A DNA stretch of 64,000 nucleotides from the human T2T-CHM13v2.0 reference genome, Homo sapiens. Of this stretch, positions 39,231 through 50,399 are shown one piece after another. The notes below the pieces were generated by a model that saw nothing but the letters and a program-made list of their open reading frames with translations, did no database searches and was not told where the DNA came from. A program made the translations under genes and the position numbers. The stretch lies in assembly GCF_009914755.1 (NCBI RefSeq), contig NC_060946.1. One strand, written 5' to 3'. Every line of letters starts with the position of its first letter. Position 1 is the first letter of the stretch.

Positions 39231-40115
39231 GGATTGGAATGGGATGGAGTCGAGTGGAGTGGAGTACAATGGAATGGAATGGAATGGAGTGGAGTGGAGT
39301 GGAATGGAGGGAAGTGGATTAGAATGGAGAGGAAATGAATGTATTAGAATGGAAGGTAATGGAAAGGAATGGAATGGAATGAAATGGAATGGAATGGAAG
39401 GAAGTGTGGTGGAGTGGAATGGAATTGAGTGCACTGGAATTGATTTGAATGTAATGGAATGGAGTGGAATGGAGTGGAGTGGGGTCGCGTTGCATATCAT
39501 GGAATGGAGTGGAGGGCTAAGGAATGGAATTCAATGGAATGGAAAGGAATGGAAATTAATGGAATGGAATTGAGTGGAATGGAATGGAAGGGAGTGGATT
39601 GGAATGGCATGGAATGGAACGGAACAGAATGGAATGGAATGGAAAGTAATGAAATAGAATGCAGTGTAATGGAGTTGCGTGGACAAGAATGGTATGGAGT
39701 GGAGTTCAATGGAATGCAATTCTATGGAATGGAATGGAATGGAATGGAATGGAATGGAATGGAAAGGAATTGAAAGGAGTGGAGTGGAGTGGAAAGGAGT
39801 GGAGTGGAATTGAATCGAATGAAATGGAATGGAATGGAATGGAGTGTAACTTAACATAAATGAGGGGAGAGAAGTGACATGGAATAGAGTGGAATGGCAT
39901 GGAAAGGAGTGGAGTAGAATGGATTGGAAGGGAATGGAGTGGTGTGGAATCCTATGGAATGTAACGGAATGGAGTGGAATGGAATGGAGTTGAGTGTAGC
40001 GGAATGGAGTAGAGAGAAATGGAGTAGAGTGGAATTGAATGGAATGGAGTGTGGTGGAATGGAATGGAATTGAATGGAATGGAATGGAATGGAATGGAAT
40101 GGAATGGATTTGAGT

Positions 40116-40325
40116 GGAATGGAATGGAGTGGAGTGGAATGGAGTGGTATGGAATAGAACGGAGTGTACTGGAATGGAATGGAAGGGAAAGGAGTGTAGT
40201 GGGAAAGAATGGAGCAGAGTGGAATGGAATGGAGTGGAGTGGAATGGAGTGGTATGGAATGGAACGGAGTGTACTGGAATGGAATGGAAGGGAAAGGAGT
40301 GTAGTGGGACAGAATGGAGCGGAGT
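40116..40325 (+). repeat. 105-bp (21-pentamer) tandem duplication with 3 mismatches
   Basis: 40116-40220 and 40221-40325 differ only at AGAAC/GGAAC, GGGAA/GGGAC and AGAGT/GGAGT. Confidence 0.92.
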
Positions 40326-43300
40326 GGAGTGGAATGGAATGGAATAGAATGGAGTGGAGTGGAATGGAATAGAACGGATTTGAGTTTAAAGGAACGGATG
40401 GAAATGAAATGGAAACGATTTGGGAGGAGGGGATTGTGGTGGAATGGAATGGAGTGGAGTGGAATGGAATGGTGTGGAATGGAATGGAATGCAGTGTATT
40501 AGAGTGGAGTGGAATGGAATGGAACGGATTTGAGTGGAATGGAATGGAAAGGAGTGGAGTTGTATAAATTGGTATGGAATGGAAAGGAAAGGAATGGAAT
40601 GGAATGGAAAGGAGGGTGATGGAGTGTTATGGAACAGAATGGAGTGGAGTGGAATGGAATGGAATGGGAAGGAGTGGAGTTGAATGGGATGTAGTGGAGT
40701 GGAATGGAATGGAATGGAATGGAGGGGAATGGAATGTAATGGAACGGAAAAGAGAAGAGGGGAGTGGAGTGGAATATAATGGAGTGGAATGTAGTGGAGA
40801 TTAGTGGATTTGAATGGAATGGAGTGGAATGGAATGGAATGGAATGCAATCGAATGGAATGGAGTGGAGTGGAATGGCATGGAATGGAGTAGAATGAAAT
40901 GGATTAGAATGGAATGGAGTGGAATGGAATGGAACGTATTGCGGAGGAATGGAATGGAATGGAATGGAGTAGATTGGAGTTGAATGGAGTGAAATGGAGT
41001 GGAATGGTGTGGAGTGGAATGGAATAGATTGGAGTGGAATGGAGTGGAATGGAGCGGAATGGAATGGAATGGAGTGGAATGGAGTTGAGTGGAGTGGAAT
41101 GGAGTGGATTGGAATGGAGTTGAGTGCAGTGTAATGGAATGGAATGGAATGGAAAGGAGCTGAGTTGAGTGGAAAGGAATGGAGTGGAGTGGAATGGAAT
41201 GGAATGGAATTTTGCTGGAATGGAATGGAATGGAATGTAAGGGAGTGGAATCTGATGGAATAGATTGGAATTGAATGGAATGCAATGCAATGGAAAGGAG
41301 TGGAATAGAGTGGTGTCGAGTGGAGTGGAGTGGAATGGAATGGAGTTAAGGGAAGTGGAATTGAATTGAATGGAATGGATTTGAATGGAATGGACTGGCG
41401 TGGCGTGGAGTGGAGTGAAACGGAATGGATTGGAATGGAATGAAATGGAAAGGAATGGAGTGGAATGCAATGGAAAGGAAAGGTGTGGAATGGAGTTGAG
41501 TGGAGTAGAGACGATTGGAATTGATTGAATTGGAGTCGAAGGGAACGGAATGGAATGAAATGGAATGGAATTCGATGAAGAGGAGTGGATTGGAGTGGAG
41601 AGGAATGGAATGGAATGGAATCGAACGGACTGGAATAGAATGGAAAGGAGAGTAGTGGAGAGAAATGGAATGTCGTGGAATGTAGTGGAGTGGAGTGGAT
41701 GGGAATGAAGTGTAGTGGAATGGAAGTAAAGAGTGGAATGGAATCGAATGGAATGAATTGGAAAGTAATGGAATGGAGTGTGGTGGACTGGAATGGAATT
41801 GAGTGGAGTGGATTAGAATGGAATAGAATGGAGTGGAATGGAACGGAATGGAATAGAATGGAATATTCTGGAGTGGAATGGAATTGAGAGCAGTGGAAGA
41901 GGATGGAATGGATTGGAATGGAATGGACAGCAATGGAATGGAATAACGTGGAGTGGAATGGAATGGAATGGAGTGGAGTGGAGTTGGATGGAAAGGAATG
42001 GAGTGGAATGGAATGTACTGCAGTGAACTGGAGTGGAGTGGAATGGAATGCAGTTGAGAGGAATGGAATGGAATAGAGTGGATTGGAATATATTGGAAAG
42101 GAATGGAGTGGAATGGAGTGGAGTTTAATGGAGTGGAGAGAAGTGGAATGGAATGGAACGAAGAGGAATTGAGTGGCATGGATTGGAAAGGAAAGGTGTC
42201 AAGTGGAGTGGAATTGAATGGAATGGAATGGAATGGAGTGGAAAGGAGTGCTGTGGGGTGGAGTGGAACGGAATTGAGTGGAGTGAGGTGGAATGGAATG
42301 GATTGGAATGGAATGGAATGGAATGGAAAGGAAAGAAATGGAATGGAATGCAATGGAATGAAATTGAGTAGAGTGGAGTGGAATGGAATGGAATGGAATG
42401 GAGTGGAATGGAGTGGAGTGGGGGGAGTGCAATGGAATGGAGTGGAGTGAATTGGAATGGAAAGGAATGGAATGGAATGGAGTGGAATGGATTGGAATGG
42501 AATGGATTGGAACAGAGTGGAATAGATGAAAGTAGAGTTGAGTGGCGTGGAATGGAGAGGAATATACTGGAGTGTAGTGTAGAGGAGTGGAATGGAATGG
42601 ACTGGAGTGGAGTGGAATGGAATGGGATGGAATGAATTGGAATGGAATGGAATGGAATGGGATGGAATGGAATGGATTGGAATGGATTAGAGTGGGGTAG
42701 AGGGGAATGGAAGTGAATGGAGTGCACAGGAATGGAATGTAAAGGAATGCAGTGGAATTCAATGGAATGGAATAGAATGGAATGGAGTGCAGTGGAGTGA
42801 AATGGAATGGACTGGAGTGGAATGGAACGGACTGGAATGGAATGCAATGAAATCGACTGGAATTGAGTGGAATATAGTGGAGTGGATGTAATGGATTCGA
42901 CTGAATAGGAATGGAGCGGAATTAAATGGAATGGAATGGATTGGATCGGAATGGTATAGAGTGGAATGGACTGGAGTTGAGTGGAAAGAAATGGAGGGGA
43001 ATTGAATGCAATGGAATGGACAGGCATGGAATGGACTGGATTGAAATGAAGCAGAAAGGAATGGAATGGAATGGAATGGAACTGTATGGAGTGGAATGGA
43101 ATGGAATGGAATGCAGTCGAATGGTGTGGAATAGAGTGGAAAGGACTTGTACGGAATGGAGTGGAGTGAAATGGAATGTAATGGAATGAAATGGAATCGA
43201 ATGGAATGGAGTGAAATTGAATGGATTGGACTGTAGTGGAATGCATTATAATTGAATGGAATGGAAGGTAATGGAATGGAATGGAGTAGAGTGGAGTGGT

Positions 43301-46300
43301 ATGAATTGGAATGGAAAGGAGGGAAATGGAATGTAGTTGAGTGGAGTGAAATGGAGTGGAGTTGAATGGAATGGAATGGAGAGGAGTGGAATGCAATGGA
43401 ATGGAATAAAATGGAATGGAATGGAAACAAATGGAATGGAATGCAATGGAATGGAAAGGAATGGAATGGAATGGAATGGAATGGAATGGAATGGAATGGA
43501 ATGGAATGAAGTTGAATGAAATGGAGTGGAGTGCAAGTGAGTAGAATAGTATGAAGCGCAGTGGAATGTAATGGAATGAAATGGAATCGAATGGAATGGA
43601 GTGGAGTGGAATGGAGTGCAGTGTAGTGGAATGGAATAGAATTGAATGGAATGTTATGAAATGGAGATGAGAGTTGTGGCGTGGAATAGAATGGAGTGGA
43701 ATGTAGCTCAGTGGAGTGGACGTGAACGGAATGTAGTGGAACGGAATGAAAAGGAGCGGAATTGAATGGAATGTAATGGAATGGAACGGAATGGAATGGA
43801 ATGAAATGGAATTGAATTCTATGGAGTGGGATGGAGTGAAATGGAATTGAGTGCAGTGGAATAGAATGGAATCGAGTGGAGAAGAGTGAGGTCGAGTGGA
43901 ATGGATTGGAATGGGATTGAGTGGTGTGGGATGGAATGGAATTCAATGGAAAGGAAAGGAATGGAATGGAAAGGAATGGAATGGAACAGAATGAAATGGA
44001 ATGGAATGGAATGGATTGGAATGTAATGTAGTGAAGTGGAATGGAATGGAATGGTGTGGAATGGAATGTAATGGTATGGAGTGGAATGGAATGGAATGGA
44101 GTGGAACGGAATGGAATGGAATGGAGTGGATTGGTATGGAGTGGAGTGCAGTAAAACGGAATGTAATGGAATGGAGACGAGTGGAGTAGACTGGAATGGA
44201 ATTGAGTGGAATGGAATGGAATGGAATGGAATGGAGTGGACTGGAGTGGAGTGCACAGGAGTGGAGTCAAATGCAATGGAATTGAAAGGAAAGGAACGGA
44301 ATGGAATGGAATGGAATGGATTGGAATAAAATGAAAAGGAATGGGAATGACTGCTATGGAGTGGAGTGGAGTGGTCTGTAACGGACTGGAAAGGAATGGA
44401 ATGGAATGGAATGGAATGGAATGGAGTGCAATGGAATGCATGGAGTGGAGTGGAATGGAACGGAGTGGAATGGATTGGAGTGGAGTGGAATGCAATTCAG
44501 TGGAATGGAGTGGAGTGGAATGTAATGAAGTCGATTCTCGTGTAATAGAATGGAATGGTATGGATTGGAATTTAGGGGAGCAGAATGGAATGGAGTGGAA
44601 TACAATGGAGTGGAATGGAGTTGAGTGGAGTGGAATGCAATGAAGTGGAATGGAGTTGAGTGACGTGGAATGGTATGGAATGGAATGAAATGCAATGCAG
44701 GGGAGGCGATTGGAGTGGAATGCAATGGAGTGGAATGTAGTAGAGTGGAGTGGATTGTAATGTAATGTAAAGGAATGGTATGGAAAGAGTGGAGTGGAAT
44801 GGAATGGAATGGAATGGAATGGAATGGAGTGGGGTGGAGTGGAATGCAATTAAGTAGAGTGGAAAGGAATAGAATGGATTAGCATGGAATAAAATGGAAT
44901 GGAATCGATTGGATTGGAGTGGGGTCCAGTGGAATGGAATGAAATGGAGTGGAGTGAAATGGAATGGAATTCAATGGAATAGAATGGCATGGAATGGATT
45001 GGAACGGAAGTGAATGGAATGGAGTGGAAAGTAATGGAACAGAATGGAATGGAGTGGAATGGAAAGAAACGGAATGGAATGCAGTGGATTGGAATGGAAC
45101 GGAATGGAACGGAGTGGAATGGAATGGAAGGGAATGGAATGGAATGAAATGGAATGGAGTAGTATGGACTGGAATGGAATTGAGTGGAGTTGAATGGAAT
45201 GGAACGGAACGGAGTGGAGTGCAGTGGAATGCTATGGAGTGTAATGGAATTTAGTGGAATGCAGTGGAGTGGAGTAGAATGGAAGGGAGTGGAATGGAAT
45301 GCAGTGGAATGGAATGTAACAGTATGGAGTGGTGTGGAATATAATGGAGTGGAATGGAATGGAATATAATGGAATGGAGTGGAATGGAATGGAATGGAAA
45401 GGTAGGGAGTGGAATGGAATGGAATGGAGTGGAATGGAATGGAATGGAGTGGAATGGAATGGAATGGTGTGGAGTGGAATGGAATGGGGTGGAATGGAAT
45501 GCAGTGGAATAGAATGTAACAGGGTGTACTGGAGTGGAACTGAATACATTTTAATTGAATGAAGTGGAGTGGAGTGGATTGTAGTGGAATGGAATGGAAT
45601 AGAGTGTAATGGAATGGAATCGAATGGAACGGAATGGGTTGGAGTGTAATGGAATGCAGTAGGATGGAATGGAGTGGAATGGAATGGAGTGGAGTGGAGT
45701 GGAGTGGAATACAATGGAATGGAATGGAGTGGAGTGGAGTGGAATGGAATGGAAAGGAATGGAATGGAATGGAATGGAATAGAATGGAGTGAATGGAATG
45801 GAATGGGATAGAATGGAATGGAATGCAGTGGATTGCAATGGAGTTATGTGGAGTGGAGTGGAATGTAGTGGAATGGAATGCACTGCAATGGAATGGAATT
45901 GAGTGGAGTGGAATGGAATGGAATGGAATGAAATGGAATGAAATGGAATCAAACGGAATCAAATGGAAAGGAATGGAATGGAATGGAGTGGAATGGTATG
46001 GAATGGAATGGAATGGAAAGAAATGGAAAAGAATGGAATGGAGTGGAGTGCAGTGGAGTGGAATGGAATGGAGTGCAGTGTAATGGAGTGGAATGGAATT
46101 TAGTGGAGTGGAGAGCCGAGGATTGGACATGAGTGGATTGGATTGGAGTGGAAAGGAATAGAGTGTAGTGGAATGGACTTAAATGGAGGGGAATGGAGTG
46201 GAGTGTTATACAAAGGAGTGGATTGGAGTGCAATTCAATGGAATGGATTGGAATGGAAAGGGATGTAATGGACTAAAATGGAGTGGAGTGGAATGACATA

Positions 46301-49300
46301 GAATGGAATGAATTGGAGAGGAGTGGAACAGAATGGAATGGAGTGAAATGGACTGGAATGCAATGGAATGGAATGTATTGGAATGGATTGGAGTGCAATG
46401 GAGGGGAATGGAATGAAATGAAATGGAATGGAATGCAATGGAATGAAATAGAAAGCAGTGGAATGGAGTGGATTGGAATGGAATGGAACGGAGAGGAACA
46501 GAATGGAATGGAATTGAACAAAGTGGAATGGATTGGAGTGGAATGGAAAGGAGTGGAGCAAAGTGTAGTGAAATGGAATGGAATGGAATGGAATGGAATG
46601 GATTGGCATGAAATGGAATGGAATGGAATGGAATGGAATGGAATGGAATGGAATGGAATGGATTGGAATGGAATGGAGATTAATGGATTGGATTGGTTTG
46701 GAGGGGAGTAGAGTGGAATGGAGTGCACTGGAGAGGAATGTTAAAAAGAATGGAATGGAGTGGAGTGGAATGGAGTGGAGTCGAGTGAAATGGAATACAA
46801 TTGAATACAATGGAATGGAATGGAGCTTAGGAGAGTGGAGTGGAATGGAATGGAGTGTAATGAAGTTGAGTGGAGGGGATTCGAATGGAATGTAGTGGAA
46901 TGAAAAGGAAAGGAGAGGAGTGGGATGGAATGGAATGGATTGGAATGGAATGGAATGGAATGGAATGTGGTGGAGAAGAATGGAATTGAGTGATGTGGAA
47001 TAGAATGGAATGGAATGGAATGGAATCGAGTGGAGTGGGGTCGAGTGGAATGGAATAGAATGGAGTGGAGTGGAAGGGAATGGAATTCAATGGAAAGGAG
47101 TGGAATGGAATTGAATGGAAAGAAGTGGACTGGCATGGCTTGTAGTGGAGTAGATTGGAATGGAATGGAGTGGAACGGAATGGAATAGAGTTGAATGGAA
47201 CGGAATGGAACGTAATGGAAAGGAAAGGAATTCTATGTAATGGAATGGAGTGGAGTGGAGTGGGATGAATTGGAGTGGAATGGAGAGTATGGGAATGGAA
47301 TGCAACGGTGTGGAGTGGTGTGGAATGGAATGGAGCAGAATGGAATGGATTGAAATTTTATGGAATGGAGGGGAGTGGAGTGGAGTGGAATGGAATGGAT
47401 TGGAGTGGAATGTAATGCAATGAAGTGGAACGGAATGGATTGGAATGGAATGGTTTGGAGTGGGATGGAATGAAGTGGAATGGAATGGAGTGAAGTGGAG
47501 TTTAAAAGAATGGAGTGGAATGCAGAGGATTGGAAGTGATTTGAATGGAGTGGAGTGGAATGGAATGGAATGGAATGGAATGGATTGGAGTGGAGTGCAG
47601 TGGAATGGAATGGTGTGGAATGGAATGGAATGGAATGGGATAGGATGGAATGTAATGGAGTGCAGTGGAATGCACTGGAACGGAGTGAAGTGGAATGGAA
47701 TGGAATGCAATGGATCAGAATGGAATGGAATGGAGTGGATTTGAATGGATTCCAGAGGAGTGAAAAGGACTGGATAGGAATGGAATGGAATGGTATGGTT
47801 TGGAATGGAATGGAATTTAATGGAATGGAAATGAATGGAGTGAAATGGAATGGAATGGAGTGGAGTGGAACGGAATGTAATGGAGTGGAGTGGAATGGAA
47901 TACAGCAGAGTGGAATGTAATGGAGTGGAATTGAATGACGTGGAATGGAGTGGTTTGGAGTGGAATGCAATGGAATAGAGCAGAGTGGAATGTAGTGGAA
48001 AGGAGTGGAGTGGAGTGGAATGCGATGGAAAGGAATGAATGGAATGGAACGGAAAGGAATGGAATGGAGTTAAATAGAATGGGGTGGAATGGAATTGAGT
48101 GGAATGGAATGGAGTGGAGTGGAGTGGAATGGAGTGAAATGGAATGGAGTTGAGTGGATTGGGATTAAATGGAAATGAATGGAAAGAAGAGGATTAGAGT
48201 GTAATGGAGAGGAATGGAATGGAGTGGAGTGGAGTGGAGTGAAGTGTAGTGGAGTGGAGTGTGATGGATTAGAATGGAGATTAGCGGAGTGGAGTGGCAT
48301 AGAATGGAGTGGCGTGGAGTGGAATGGAGTGAAGTAAAGTGGTGTGGAGTTGAATGGAACTGAATGGAGTGGAGTGAAGTGGAATAAAATGAAATGGAGT
48401 GTAATGGAGTGGAATGGAAAGGAATTGAATGGTGTGGAGTTTATAGCAGTGTAGTGGAGTAGAGTGGAGTGGAATGGAATGGAATTGAATGGAGTGGAGG
48501 GGAGTAGCGTGGACTTGAAGTTAGTGGCGTGGAATGGTGTGGAGTGTGGCGGTGTGGAGTGGAGTGGTATGGAGAGAAATGGAGCAGTATATATTGAGTT
48601 CGAAGGAAATTGAATGGAGTGGAATGGAGTGGAATGGAATGGAATGAAGTAGAATGGAAAAGAACGGAAGTGAAAGTAACGGAATGGCATGGAATGGAAT
48701 GGAACGTGTTGGAAAGGAGTGGATTGTAGTGGAAAGGAGTGGAGAGGATTGGAGTGGAGTTTAATGGATTGGAGTGGAAAGGAATGGAGTGGAATGGAGT
48801 GGAATGGATTTCACTGGAGTGGAATGGAGTGGAGTGGAATGGAATGGAGTGGAGTGGAATGGAAGGAGTTGGGTGGAGTCAAATGTAATGTTGTGGAGTT
48901 GTTTGGAATGGAACGGATTGGAGTGGAATGGATAGTAATCTAATGCTGTTTAATAGAAAGGAATGGAATGGAACGGAATGGATTGGAATGGAATGGAATG
49001 GAATGGAGTGGAGTGGAATGGAGTAGAGTGGAATGGAGTAGAGTGGAATGGAATGGAATGGTATAGAATGTAATGGAGTGGTATGGAATATAATGAAGTG
49101 GGATGGAGTGGAATAGACCTGAGTTGAGTAGAATGCATTGAAATTGAATGTACTGGATTGGACTGAAACGGAGTGGTATGGAATGGAGTGGAATGGAATC
49201 GAATGGAGGGGTGTGCAACAGAAAGTAGTGGAGTGGAGTGGAGTGTAGTGATGTGGAACGGAATTTAATGGAGAAGAGAGAAATGGAATGGAGAGGACAG

Positions 49301-50399
49301 GAGTGGAGTGGAATTGAATGGACTGCAGTGGAATGAAGTAAAGAAGAATGGGTTGGAGATGAATGGAATGGAGTGGAGTATAATGGAGTGGAATGGAATG
49401 GTTTGGAGTGTAGTGGAGTTCAGTGGAATGGAATGGAATGGAGTGGTGTGGAGTGGTTTGGAGTGGATTTGAATGTAGTGCTGTGGAATAGAATGGAGTG
49501 GAGAGCAGTGAAGGGGAATGGAATGGATTGGAGTGGATTGGAATGCAGTAGAATTGGGAGAAGTGGAATGGAATGGAGTGGAGAGGTATGGGAGGGAATG
49601 GAGGGGAATGGAATGGAGTGGAGAGGAGTGGATAGGAGAGTGTTGGAAAGGGTAGGAGTGGAGTGGAATGGAATGGATAGGAGTGGTGTGGAGTGGAATG
49701 GAATGGAGTAGAAAGGAAAGGACTGGAGAGGAATTGAATGGAATGGAGTGGAATGGAGTGGAGTGGAATGGATAGGAGTGGAATAGAGTGGAGAGGAATG
49801 GATTGGAGTGGAGTGGAATTTAGTTGTGTGGAGTGGAGTGGAGTGGAATGGAATGGAATGCAATGGAATGCAATGGAGTGGAGTGGAGTGGAGTGGAATG
49901 CAGTGGAATAGAGTGGAAAGGACTGGAATAGAACTTAATGGAATGGAATGAAGTTGAGCTGAGTGGAGTAGAGTGGAGTGGAATAGAGTGGAGTGGAGTG
50001 GAATGGAATGGATTGGAATGGAATGCAAAGTAATGGATTTAAACAGAATGGAGTGGAATGGAATGGACTAGAATGGAAGGGAGTGCAGTGGAATTGAATG
50101 GAATGGAATGGAATGAAGTGGAATGGAATAGAATGGAATGGAATGGAGTGGCCTGGAATGGAATGGAATGGTATGGAGTGGTGTGGAGAGGAATGGAATG
50201 GAGTGGAGTGGAATAGAATAGAGGGGAATAGAGTGGAATGGAGTGGAGTGGAGTGGAATGGAATGCAGTGAAGTGCAATGAGTGGAATGGAATGGAGTGG
50301 AATGCAGTGGAGTCAAGTTAAGTGTACTGGAATGGAATGGAATGGAATGGAATGGAAAGGAATGGAGTAAAGTGTAGTGTAGTGGAGTGGAGTAGAGTG

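Noticed and set aside
39841-39880. Non-satellite-looking patch GTAACTTAACATAAATGAGGGGAGAGAAGTGACAT as a possible insertion
   Set aside because: It stays in pentamer register, has no target-site duplication or poly-A tail, and is too short to call a mobile element.
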